A stretch of 55,850 nucleotides of DNA, from assembly GCA_039638295.1 (NCBI GenBank), contig JBDIWJ010000007.1, forward strand, positions 1-55,850. Direction: 5' to 3'. Source of the DNA: Candidatus Phoenicimicrobium oleiphilum. GTDB taxonomy: Bacteria; Atribacterota; Phoenicimicrobiia; Phoenicimicrobiales; Phoenicimicrobiaceae. Below the pieces are notes generated by a model. The model was given only the letters and a program-made list of their open reading frames with translations, did not search any database and was not told where the DNA came from. Positions 40,168 to 49,713 of the stretch are shown in pieces; the stretch's first letter is position 1, and each line of letters begins with the position of its first letter. The position numbers and the translations under genes were made by a program.

Positions 40168-41586
40168 TTATTTCATCTTGGAATAAACTGATTTAATTAT
40201 TTTTATTACTAAATTATCTGTTGAAGGGTCAATAGTACGTGGATCTAAAACAAAATATTCTTTTTCTTTTCTTCCCAGAAGAGGAGGGTGGGATAATCGC
40301 AATTCTTTAGAAAAAATTTCTACTGGACAAGGGGGTTTGATGATTATCAATTTTGTGGGTAAAGTTTGTCCGGGCAAAGAACCTCCCCCAATAGCAGTTT
40401 GCCCTTCTTTAGTAAATGCTGGGATACCTTCTTCTTTTAATTCTTGACAGATATTTTGGCTGCGTAGTTCAATTTTTTCTAAGGGGCAGGAAATCATCTT
40501 CCAGATGGGAATTTTAGTAACCGCTTCATCCTTTAAATAATACAATAAAACTTCTTGTAAGATAGTTAAAGCCATTTTGTCTACTCTGAGGGTTCGAAAT
40601 AAAGGGTGTTGGGATATTTTCTTCAGATAAATCTCTTTTCCACAAATAGCTCCTCCCTGAGGGCCTCCTAAGAGTTTATCTGTACTAAAACAGACAATAT
40701 CAGCACCTGCCCTAATATTTTCTTGAACAGTTGGTTCGTGCTTTAGTCCAAAAGTTTCGGTGGCTAAGAATGTCCCACTTCCCAAGTCTACTACTACCGG
40801 TAAATTATATTTTCCCCCTAATTTTTTAAGTTCTTTAACTTCAACTTGGTGAACGAAACCGTTCATATGAAAATTACTTTGATGGACTTTTAGGATTAGG
40901 GAAGTATTTTCATTAATTGCTTTTTCATAATCACCAATAAAAGTCTGGTTAGTAGTTCCTACTTCTCGAAGGTGAGCACCGCTCTGTTCCAATATCTCTG
41001 GAATGCGAAATCCTCCCCCAATTTGCACTAATTCTCCTCTGGAGACAATCACTTCTTTGTTTTTAGCCAGGGTATTTAGTATCAAGAATATGGCACCAGC
41101 ATTATTATTAACTATTAGGCTTTTTTCTGAATGGCTGAGGGTACAGAGTAATTTTTCGACAATTTCTCCTCTTTTCCCTCTATTCCCTTCTATAAGATCA
41201 TACTCTAAATTAATATAACCCTGAAGTGTATTCTGGATTGTTTTAAGTATTTCTTCGCCCAGAGGTGCTCTTCCCAGATTGGTATGGAGGATTACCCCAC
41301 TGCCATTTATAACTTTTTGCAGATAAGACACATTTTCTTTTTCTAAATATTCTTTAATTTTATTTATCCTTTCTTGTGCTGAATAGAGGTGGCTATTTTT
41401 GCGAGCATTTTTTTTCTCTTCGGAGATAACTTTTCTTACTGTTTGGGTAAGTATTTTTCGGGAATATTTTTGTATTAAAGGTTTTAGGGCTTTATTTTGT
41501 AAAATTATTTCTACACTGGGTATTTTGGATAGTAATAAATTTAAATTATTATTGTTTAAATCTTTATTATTCTCATTATTCTTCAA
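40168..41586 (-). CDS. selA: L-seryl-tRNA(Sec) selenium transferase SelA
   Basis: VINGSGVILHTNLGRAPL, VNNNAGA, SRGELVQIGGGFR, EVGTTN, STDKLLGGPQ. Confidence 0.96.
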   Translation of the reverse strand: MKNNENNKDLNNNNLNLLLSKIPSVEIILQNKALKPLIQKYSRKILTQTVRKVISEEKKNARKNSHLYSAQERINKIKEYLEKENVSYLQKVINGSGVILHTNLGRAPLGEEILKTIQNTLQGYINLEYDLIEGNRGKRGEIVEKLLCTLSHSEKSLIVNNNAGAIFLILNTLAKNKEVIVSRGELVQIGGGFRIPEILEQSGAHLREVGTTNQTFIGDYEKAINENTSLILKVHQSNFHMNGFVHQVEVKELKKLGGKYNLPVVVDLGSGTFLATETFGLKHEPTVQENIRAGADIVCFSTDKLLGGPQGGAICGKEIYLKKISQHPLFRTLRVDKMALTILQEVLLYYLKDEAVTKIPIWKMISCPLEKIELRSQNICQELKEEGIPAFTKEGQTAIGGGSLPGQTLPTKLIIIKPPCPVEIFSKELRLSHPPLLGRKEKEYFVLDPRTIDPSTDNLVIKIIKSVYSKMK

Positions 41587-41630
41587 TTAGCAAAACTTCT
41601 CCTTTGGTGATATTTGAAGATAAATATTAA

Positions 41631-41729
41631 TGGCGGGAGGGGTAGGAATCGAACCCACCGCGGCAATTACCATTAATTACCGCCCACGGATTTGAAGTCC
41701 GCAAGGCCCACCAGAGCCTATCCGCTCCC
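41631..41729 (-). tRNA. selC: tRNA-Sec (anticodon UCA)
   Basis: 6-bp D stem with 4-nt loop, anticodon loop CUUCAAA, 10-bp variable arm, GGUUCGAUUCC T arm, G discriminator, encoded CCA; directly upstream of selA. Confidence 0.97.
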
Positions 41730-41763
41730 TCTTAATTTAACTTTTTAAGATATTTTATTTTTA

Positions 41764-41792
41764 ATTATAAATTGTATTGCAAGACTTTACAA
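41764..41792 (-). promoter_or_regulatory. Sigma70-type promoter for selC-selA-selB-selD
   Basis: Minus strand TTGTAA-N17-TATAAT. Confidence 0.6.
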
Positions 41793-41799
41793 GAGTATG

Positions 41800-42080
41800 T
41801 ATAAATTCGTATCTCGTATTATAACGTAAAGCGTTTAGCGAATAGCGTAGAGGATACAGTGATAAGTAATGAGTAATTAGTGACAAGTTACGAGTATTAA
41901 ATTTTAAAAAATAGGGGTACATTACTATTCACCCTATAAGTAAACCGGCTGGTTGATAAACTAAATTCAATTGGTTAATTGGTCAATTGGTGAAATCGGC
42001 TAATTGATTTTGACTGGTAAACTGGGTAACTGGATAACTAATTCGTATCAGGTATTGCGCTAAGAAAAAGAGAAAGAAAA
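41800..42080. repeat. Mosaic heptamer/octamer intergenic repeat
   Basis: ttcgtatctcgtat, gtaatgagtaa, caattggt-taattggt-caattggt, actggtaaactgggtaactggataact. Confidence 0.7.
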
Positions 42081-42123
42081 ATTAATAAGCATAATCATTT
42101 TTTATTTATTTTAGAAAAAAAAG

Positions 42124-42150
42124 AGGAAATTTGTAAATTTTGTAGAATAT
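42124..42150 (+). promoter_or_regulatory. Sigma-H-like promoter (AGGA-N17-GAAT)
   Basis: gAGGAaatt...gtaGAATat. Confidence 0.55.
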
Positions 42151-42244
42151 AAATAACATAAATAAGGTAATATAATTTTGAGAATTAAGAAAAATTAATT
42201 TACTAATTATAGATACTAAGTTCATAAAAGAAAGGATACTTGAT

Positions 42245-43438
42245 ATGAAAATAGGATTATATAATCTGGTTTCAGAAGTACACAATGAAAAACATATTGA
42301 TAGTACTTTGCAAGGTTTTTTAACAGATATTGAAGAAAAATTAGGTGAAAAGTTTGAGAATATAAGTTTAATAGATTTTAACCAAAGAAATTATTTTTCT
42401 CTTATCTTTATTAAATCTGGCGGAGTGGAGGGAAATTTTAAACAGATTTTTACCCAAATTAATGGACCTTACCTGCTTTTATCCAGTAGATGGCATAATT
42501 CTTTTGCCGCCTCTTTAGAGATTGCTTCCTTTTTAAAACAGAAAAGAGAAAAAGTAGAGATAATCCATGGTGACAGTGATTATATTGCCAGGAGGATAAA
42601 GGAACTTAGTAAAATATTTGAAGTGAAAAGTAAATTAGCCTCCACTAAATTAGGAGTTATCGGTAAGCCGTCCGATTGGCTTATAGCCAGTGATGTAGAT
42701 TATCTGAAGGTAAAAGAAACTTTAGGGATTTCATTAATTGATATTGAAATGGATGAATTGGTTAAAGAAATTGACCGGGGTCATCGTTTTGACCATCCTA
42801 AATTAAACGATATTAAGAATAAAGAGTTTGATAGTAAATCAATCGATGGGGCACTGAAAATATATAGCGGGTTTAAAGCTATCATAAACAAATATAAACT
42901 TGATGGCATTACCGTAAGATGTTTTGACTTGCTGGAAATTTATAAAAATACCGGTTGCCTTGGTCTTTCCTTATTAAACGATGAGGGGATTATAGCTGGT
43001 TGTGAAGGCGATATTCCCGCTCTTGTATCTATGGTTATTCTGCACTATTTAACTGGCGGGCCTATTTTTATGGCTAATCCTTCCAGTATTGATATTAACC
43101 AGAATGAAGTAATTTTAGCTCATTGTACTTTGCCTTTAAATATGCCTGATAAATTTTATTTAAAAACCCACTTCGAATCAGGTCTGGGAGTGGGGATTCA
43201 GGGAGTCATTGAGGAAGGGGAAGCCACTATCTTTAAACTCTCCAGCGATGCTAAAAATTATTTTGTATCCGGTGGGGAGATTTTAGAAAATTTAAACAAA
43301 GAAAATCTATGCCGTACACAAATCAGGATGAGGATAGATGAAGATATAAAATATTTTTTACAAAGTTCGTTGGGTAATCACCATCTGATTTGCAAAGGTG
43401 ATCATAGTGAGTTGGTAAAAGAATTCTTTAAATGGTAA
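42245..43438 (+). CDS. L-fucose/arabinose isomerase-fold protein
   Basis: PSDWLIAS, TVRCF, GCEGD, FMANP, AHCT, THFESG, CRTQ, GNHH. Confidence 0.72.
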   Translation: MKIGLYNLVSEVHNEKHIDSTLQGFLTDIEEKLGEKFENISLIDFNQRNYFSLIFIKSGGVEGNFKQIFTQINGPYLLLSSRWHNSFAASLEIASFLKQKREKVEIIHGDSDYIARRIKELSKIFEVKSKLASTKLGVIGKPSDWLIASDVDYLKVKETLGISLIDIEMDELVKEIDRGHRFDHPKLNDIKNKEFDSKSIDGALKIYSGFKAIINKYKLDGITVRCFDLLEIYKNTGCLGLSLLNDEGIIAGCEGDIPALVSMVILHYLTGGPIFMANPSSIDINQNEVILAHCTLPLNMPDKFYLKTHFESGLGVGIQGVIEEGEATIFKLSSDAKNYFVSGGEILENLNKENLCRTQIRMRIDEDIKYFLQSSLGNHHLICKGDHSELVKEFFKW

Positions 43439-43485
43439 AATTATAAAAATGGAATGTATCACTATTTTTAATTAGGAGGAGAATA

Positions 43486-46400
43486 ATGGGAGATATTATG
43501 CGGCCAATATCCTTTAAACGACTACTTTATTGGATAACTGAGGAATATAGGAAACAGCGAACCATTTTTGGGATACCAGAATCACAATTTTTTAAGAAAG
43601 AAAACCCAAAAAGTATTCAGATATTTAACGAAATTTGTGACACTCCTATAGGGCCAGCAGCAGGGCCCCACACTCAGTTGACTCAGAATATTATCGCTGC
43701 CTATCTGGTTGGGGGGCGCTTTTTTGAGCTTAAAACCGTACAAAAACTAGATAGCCTGCAATTTGACAAGCCCTGTATTGATGCCCGAGATGAGGGTTAT
43801 AATACCGAATGGTCTACTGAACTTTCTCTGGAACAGGCATATAGTGAATATGTTAAAGCCTGGATACTGCTTCACTTTATAGAATCAGTTCTTGATATAC
43901 GAGCTACTACAAAACCTTCTTTTATTTTTAATATGAGTGTTGGTTATGACTTAGAGGGAATTAAAACACAACGTATGGATTCATTTATTAATGGTTTAAT
44001 TGATGCCTCGGAACAACCAGTATTTAAACGTTATCTGGAGGAATTAGATTTTTTTGTTCAAGGAACAAATTTTCAAGAGATTAATAATCTAAAAGGAAAT
44101 ATTGAAAACCTAAAGAATATTTCCAGAACTATTTCCCCTTTTATTACTCACTCTGTAACACTTTCTACTATGCATGGATGTCCTCCCCTTGAAATAGAAG
44201 CGATCTGTAAATATCTTTTGACAGAAAAAAAACTTAATACTTATGTGAAATTAAATCCAACTCTCCTGGGATTTAGAAAGGTCAGGGAAATACTGGATAA
44301 CCTGGGTTTCGATTATATATCCCTTAAAGAATCTACATTTACTAAAGATTTGCAATGGAATGATGCGATAGGTATGCTTGAACGACTTTCTAAAGTAGCC
44401 ACTGATTGTGGCTGTAATTTTGGGGTTAAACTCTCCAATACGCTGGGAACGGTAAATACCCTCGGTGTCCTTCCGGGAGAGGAGATGTATTTATCGGGAC
44501 GCATTCTCTTCCCGATTACTATCACTTTAGCTTCCCGTTTATCGAAGGAGTTTAAAGGGACTCTTCCTATATCTTACTCAGGAGGAGCATCCCAGCTAAA
44601 TATCCTTCAGATTTTTGAAACAGGAATTAAACCAATTACAATGGCTACCAACCTCTTAAAACCAGGTGGCTATCTTAGAATGGTGGAGATGGCCCGAAAA
44701 TTAGAACCAATTATTAGCGGGAAGAGGCAACTCAAAATTATTGATGTGAAAAAACTCGAAAAATTAGCCAAAGAAGCCCTTGGGGAAAAATATTATCGGA
44801 AGGGTTGGAGAGGCACGAAGGAAATTTGCGTTGATCAAAAACTACCTTTAATTGATTGCTATACAGCTCCCTGTGTTTTTTCCTGTCCCATCCGACAGGA
44901 TATTCCTGAATACATTCGATTAGCAGGTAGTGGACAATATAATAAAGCTTTGGAACTTATCTATTCAAAAAATCCGCTTCCCCATATAACTGGCTATATT
45001 TGTGACCATCAGTGTATGTATAATTGTACTCGACTCGATTATGAAGGAGCGGTTAATATTCGCGAAGTGAAAAAGATTGCGGCTGAACAGGGAGAAGTTA
45101 CCTACAATGTTAAGAGTTACATCACTGGTGAACAGTTTAATGAGTTGGATACAAAAGTAGCGGTTATCGGTGCAGGACCAGCAGGATTATCTGTAGCTTA
45201 TTTTCTGGCTAAAGCTGGATTTAAGGTTACTGTATTTGAGAAACAAGATTCTCCCGGTGGGGTAGTGAGCCATATACTGCCTAATTTTAGAATCCCTGTC
45301 TCTGCTATCGAAAAAGATATTGCGATTATCAAAACACTAGGGGTGGATTTCCAGTTTGGGGTATCAGAAGAGTTTTCTATTAATAATTTAAGTAAAGAGG
45401 GATATAAATATATCTTTATCGGGATTGGTGCAGAAGTTTCAAGGGAACTAAAGTTAGCGTGTGACAATAGCAACAACTATAAAGCTCTGGATTTTTTAAG
45501 GTCTTTTAATAAAAATGCAGGAGCTCTTAATCTTGGTCGAAGGGTTGCCATAATAGGAGGGGGGAATACTGCTGTGGATAGCGCAAGAGCAGCGCTGAAG
45601 GTTGACGGTGTTGAGAAGGTTTTTATCATTTACCGTCGTACTGAGGAAGAAATGCCGGCAGACCGTGAGGAATATGAACACGCACTTGAAGAAGGGATAA
45701 TTTTCAAATCCCTCTTGTTACCAGAATCATTTTCTCAAAAAGGTATTCTAAAATGCCGTCGAATGACTTTAGGCGAACCTGATGAAAGTGGTCGTCGACG
45801 TCCTGTCCCCACTGAAGAGACCGAAGAAATTGATGTAGATTCTGTAATCAGTGCTATTGGAGAGATTCCAGATATCAGGTTCCTAACTGCTCAAGGAATA
45901 AAACTTGAGACTGGAAACAAGCCTTATGCAGACCCAGAAACTCTGGAGACTAATGTGAAAAATGTTTTTATAGGCGGCGATGCCTATCGTGGACCCTCGA
46001 CCGTGGTCCAATCTATTGCCGATGCCCGAAAGGCAGCAGAGGCTATTATTAAAAAGGAGATGCCAGGCTGGAAAGGTTTAGATAAGGATTTTAAACTGAA
46101 ATTCAATAAAAAACAACAGATTTCCGAGATTTACCGTAAAAAAAGTCGTCTCATTCCTGAGGTAATATCCGAAGACGATAGGGTAATAACTGAAAGTGAA
46201 GCAGAGCGGTGCCTAGAGTGTAAGATTATCTGCAATAAATGTATGGATGTCTGTCCAAATCGGGCAAATGTGGCGATTGAGATTGATAAGAAAGAAGATT
46301 TTCAAGATGTCTTTCAGATTCTCCATCTTGATGCACTGTGTAATGAATGTGGAAACTGTGCTACATTTTGTCCCTATGATGGCAAACCATATAAAGATAA

Positions 46401-46650
46401 GCTGACTCTTTTTACAACCAAAGAGGACTTTGAAAATAGCACTAATAACGGTTTTATAGCTGCCGATTACACCGATAGTCAGTTAATAACCCTGAGGTTG
46501 AATGATAATCTGTGGAAATTAAAATTGGGTAAAGACGGTAAATTGATTCCTGTAGATTCACAATGTCCGGATGATTATAACATCAAAGAACTTAAAAAAG
46601 CCAGCGCAATAATAAGCACTGTATTAAAAGATTACAATTATTTAATTTAA
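43486..46650 (+). CDS. ygfK: YgfK-type Fe-S flavoprotein oxidoreductase
   Basis: GPAAGPHTQL, ELKTVQ, STMHGCPP, KLNPTLLG, KLSNT; GltD-like GAGPAG and GGGNTA; C-terminal CxxCxxCxxxCPNRAN and CNECGNC. Confidence 0.92.
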   Translation: MGDIMRPISFKRLLYWITEEYRKQRTIFGIPESQFFKKENPKSIQIFNEICDTPIGPAAGPHTQLTQNIIAAYLVGGRFFELKTVQKLDSLQFDKPCIDARDEGYNTEWSTELSLEQAYSEYVKAWILLHFIESVLDIRATTKPSFIFNMSVGYDLEGIKTQRMDSFINGLIDASEQPVFKRYLEELDFFVQGTNFQEINNLKGNIENLKNISRTISPFITHSVTLSTMHGCPPLEIEAICKYLLTEKKLNTYVKLNPTLLGFRKVREILDNLGFDYISLKESTFTKDLQWNDAIGMLERLSKVATDCGCNFGVKLSNTLGTVNTLGVLPGEEMYLSGRILFPITITLASRLSKEFKGTLPISYSGGASQLNILQIFETGIKPITMATNLLKPGGYLRMVEMARKLEPIISGKRQLKIIDVKKLEKLAKEALGEKYYRKGWRGTKEICVDQKLPLIDCYTAPCVFSCPIRQDIPEYIRLAGSGQYNKALELIYSKNPLPHITGYICDHQCMYNCTRLDYEGAVNIREVKKIAAEQGEVTYNVKSYITGEQFNELDTKVAVIGAGPAGLSVAYFLAKAGFKVTVFEKQDSPGGVVSHILPNFRIPVSAIEKDIAIIKTLGVDFQFGVSEEFSINNLSKEGYKYIFIGIGAEVSRELKLACDNSNNYKALDFLRSFNKNAGALNLGRRVAIIGGGNTAVDSARAALKVDGVEKVFIIYRRTEEEMPADREEYEHALEEGIIFKSLLLPESFSQKGILKCRRMTLGEPDESGRRRPVPTEETEEIDVDSVISAIGEIPDIRFLTAQGIKLETGNKPYADPETLETNVKNVFIGGDAYRGPSTVVQSIADARKAAEAIIKKEMPGWKGLDKDFKLKFNKKQQISEIYRKKSRLIPEVISEDDRVITESEAERCLECKIICNKCMDVCPNRANVAIEIDKKEDFQDVFQILHLDALCNECGNCATFCPYDGKPYKDKLTLFTTKEDFENSTNNGFIAADYTDSQLITLRLNDNLWKLKLGKDGKLIPVDSQCPDDYNIKELKKASAIISTVLKDYNYLI

Positions 46651-46719
46651 CTTTAAAATTCAAAATTTATGACGATAGTAATGTAATTTTGGCTTTACCA
46701 GTATCATTCTAGTATCTTA

Positions 46720-46789
46720 TGTCATTTCCACGAAAGTGGGAACCCAGAATAATATTTAAAGATAAGTTCCTGTTTCCACGGGAATGACA
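46720..46789. repeat. Palindromic extragenic element (TGTCATT...AATGACA)
   Basis: gtcatttccacgaaagtgggaa...ttcctgtttccacgggaatgac. Confidence 0.65.
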
Positions 46790-46802
46790 GAAAAGAGTTG
46801 TA

Positions 46803-46935
46803 TGGCGATACGCAATACGCAATAAGTTAGTGTAAACTTTAGTGGTATAGTTAGGTAGAAATAAGAATACTACTTTTTTGTATCTTTTCTTCTCTTTCTT
46901 AACTCGATACTGGATACTATATACTCGATACTATA
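46803..46935. repeat. Heptamer mosaic repeat, opposite orientation
   Basis: gcgatacgcaatacgc; tatcttttcttctctttcttaactcgatactggatact resembles 55555-55585. Confidence 0.55.
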
Positions 46936-47010
46936 TTTTATAATAACTTGGCAAGAGCATTTTTTAAGTGATAAAATATATATTGGATTAGGAGGTGGTG
47001 AATCCGACTT

Positions 47011-47940
47011 ATGGAAGAATCATTCGGAGATTTAAAGGGATGCCAAAAAACTTATCAGAAAACTGCTCTCTCTCAGTATTTTGCTCCTCAGAAAATAGAG
47101 GAAGCACTGGAAATTTTATCTAAATATGGAGAAGAAATTAAAATAATTGCTGGAGGGACCGACCTGTTAGTTCAATATTATGACCGACTTTATGAAATCA
47201 ATAACTGGTTAGATTTAAAAAACATTATAGAATTAAAGAAGATAAGAATAAGCAAGAATCAAATGGAAATTGGGGCGACGGTTACCCACTCCCAATTAGA
47301 AAACTCTGAAGATATCAAAAAGTACTTTCCCATCTTAAGTCAAGCAGCTGCTGATATTGGTTCTCCCCAGATAAGAAATCGAGGGACCGTGGGAGGGAAT
47401 ATTGTTAATGCCTCACCAGCTGGTGACCTTTTGCCTCCTTTAATGGCTTATGACGCTCAATTTAAATTGCTCTCTGTTCAAAAAGAAGAGCTAATTCCCG
47501 CGGAAGAATTTTTTGTAGGACCTAAACAAACTATTATAAAACCAGACCAATTATTGACTCAGGTAATCCTTCCTCTGCCATATGAAAAAACTTATGATAG
47601 CTGGATTAAAATTGGTAAGAGAAGGGCTTTAGCCATTGCCACTATTACTTTAGCTTTGGTAGTTAAAATGGCTGAAGATAATAAAACAATTAAAGAGGCA
47701 AGAGCCTGCTTGGGCTCAGTAGCACCCACTCCTATTCAAATAAAAGAGATTAGAGAAAGAATGATAGGAAAAAACTTTAATCAATTAGATTTTAATCAGT
47801 TAGGACAGATGGTAGAAGACAAGATTTCACCTATTGATGATATTAGAGGGACCAGGGAATACCGCAAAGATGTAGCCAAAGAAATAATGATCAATGCCTT
47901 AGAAGAAGTGTATTCAAGTTGGTGGAGGTCATATAAATGA
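47011..47940 (+). CDS. Mo-hydroxylase FAD subunit (second set)
   Basis: AGGTDL, IGSPQIRNRGTVGGN, SPIDDIRG. Confidence 0.92.
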   Translation: MEESFGDLKGCQKTYQKTALSQYFAPQKIEEALEILSKYGEEIKIIAGGTDLLVQYYDRLYEINNWLDLKNIIELKKIRISKNQMEIGATVTHSQLENSEDIKKYFPILSQAAADIGSPQIRNRGTVGGNIVNASPAGDLLPPLMAYDAQFKLLSVQKEELIPAEEFFVGPKQTIIKPDQLLTQVILPLPYEKTYDSWIKIGKRRALAIATITLALVVKMAEDNKTIKEARACLGSVAPTPIQIKEIRERMIGKNFNQLDFNQLGQMVEDKISPIDDIRGTREYRKDVAKEIMINALEEVYSSWWRSYK

Positions 47941-48440
47941 CTAAATTAATAATAGAGTTGACCATTAATGGTAAGAAAAAAAAGGTAGAGACTACTCCTT
48001 CAACTCGTTTACTGGATTTAATAAGAGATGACCTGCATTTAACCGGAACCAAAGAAGGTTGCGGAAAAGGTGAATGTGGAGCCTGCACAGTGATAATGAA
48101 TGGTGAGTTAGTAGCATCCTGTTTAGTGCTGGCGCCTCAGGCTGATGGAGCAGTTATCACTACTATTGAAGGAGTAGGAGATGACAAAGGTCTGGATCCA
48201 GTTCAAGAGGCTTTTATAGAGAGCGGGGCAATTCAATGCGGATTCTGTACCCCGGGAATGATTTTAGCTGCTAAAAAAATGCTCGAAGAAAATCTCCATC
48301 CTACCGAAGAAGAAATAAAGCGGGGTATTTCTGGAAACCTCTGCCGCTGTACCGGTTATCAAAAAATATTTGATGCTATCAGATTAGCGGCAGATAGGTT
48401 ATCCAGTAGAGATGGGGGAAGGGGTGAAGAAGATGCCTAA
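47937..48440 (+). CDS. Mo-hydroxylase 2x[2Fe-2S] subunit (second set)
   Basis: GCGKGECGACTV, QCGFCTPG, NLCRCTGY. Confidence 0.94.
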   Translation: MTKLIIELTINGKKKKVETTPSTRLLDLIRDDLHLTGTKEGCGKGECGACTVIMNGELVASCLVLAPQADGAVITTIEGVGDDKGLDPVQEAFIESGAIQCGFCTPGMILAAKKMLEENLHPTEEEIKRGISGNLCRCTGYQKIFDAIRLAADRLSSRDGGRGEEDA

Positions 48441-49713
48441 AGAATATGTAGGTAAAAATATTTTCAAAGTAGATGCCTATGACAAAGTAACCGGCAAGGC
48501 TATATATGCTGATGATATATATTTTGATGATATGTTGTATATAAAGATTAAAAGAGCCACTTATCCCCATGCTTATTTACGCCGAATAGATATTAGTAAA
48601 GCACAAAAATTACCAGGGGTAGTAAGGATAATCACTGCTGCTGACATCCCCTGGGTTAAAAATTTTGGTTTGATTATTAAAGACCAACCGGTTCTTGTTG
48701 GAGTTGGTCAGAAAATGCGTTATATGGGTGATGCTTTGGCAATAGTAATTGCCGAAAGTAAAGAGATCGCGTCTAAGGCAGTTAAATTAATCGAGGTGGA
48801 AGTAGAAGAATTAGAAATAATTTCCGACCCCTTGCGAGCTATGGAAAAAGATGCCCCTCTTATTCACCAAGATGGCAATATCCTGGCTACCCATTACCTA
48901 GAAAAGGGGGACATAAAAAAAGGTTTTGCCCAGGCAGATGTGGTTGTAGAAAATGAATACAGAACAAGCTTTTTAGATCAGGTTCCCCTTCAGGTAGAGG
49001 CTGGGGTGGGGGTTTTTGACCCGGAAACTGAGATTATCAAACTCTGGGTAGCTACTCAATGGCTTCATGACACTCAGGCAGATATTGCCCAATCTTTAAG
49101 TTTACCTAAAGAAAAGATAAGGATTATTCAACCAGTTATCGGAGGTGCCTTTGGTAAGAGAGAAGATATCTCGGTTCATATCCATCTGGCTTTAGCGGCA
49201 ATGATTACTAAAAAGCCAGTTAAACTCACTTATACTAGAGAAGAATCAATGATTACTCAATCTAAACGGCACGCTTTTATTGTTCGAGCAAAAACTGGAG
49301 CGACTAAAGAAGGTTATTTAACTGCCTGGCAGGTGGAAGTGATTGGCGATACTGGGGCTTATGCCTCCAGTGGTCCAGCTGTAGTACATAAAGGTATGTA
49401 TCATTGTACGGGGCCTTACAATGTAGATAATGTAAAAGGTGTGGCCTATACTGTTTATACTAACAATACTTATGCGGGAGCGATGCGTGGTTTTGGAGCT
49501 ACTCAGATGGCTTTTGCTTATGAATCCCAGATGGATATTTTAGCTCATAAATTGGGGATTGACCCGGTTCAATTCCGTTTACAAAATGCCTATAGTATCG
49601 GTTCTTCTACCCCCAATGGGCAGGTATTGACCCATAGTGTAGGAGTGAAAGAGACCATTAAAGGAGCGGTAGATTTAGCTGGCTGGGAGGAATGGAAGGA
49701 GGGAAGACTATGA
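48433..49713 (+). CDS. Mo-hydroxylase large subunit, N-terminal half
   Basis: KVTGKAIYADD, GGAFGKRED, GAMRGFG; ATG 48433 overlaps the upstream gene. Confidence 0.9.
   Translation: MPKEYVGKNIFKVDAYDKVTGKAIYADDIYFDDMLYIKIKRATYPHAYLRRIDISKAQKLPGVVRIITAADIPWVKNFGLIIKDQPVLVGVGQKMRYMGDALAIVIAESKEIASKAVKLIEVEVEELEIISDPLRAMEKDAPLIHQDGNILATHYLEKGDIKKGFAQADVVVENEYRTSFLDQVPLQVEAGVGVFDPETEIIKLWVATQWLHDTQADIAQSLSLPKEKIRIIQPVIGGAFGKREDISVHIHLALAAMITKKPVKLTYTREESMITQSKRHAFIVRAKTGATKEGYLTAWQVEVIGDTGAYASSGPAVVHKGMYHCTGPYNVDNVKGVAYTVYTNNTYAGAMRGFGATQMAFAYESQMDILAHKLGIDPVQFRLQNAYSIGSSTPNGQVLTHSVGVKETIKGAVDLAGWEEWKEGRL

Noticed and set aside
49710..49713. UGA or frameshift joining the two Mo-subunit halves
   Set aside because: The halves are in different frames with an ATGA overlap and a proper SD, matching known split enzymes
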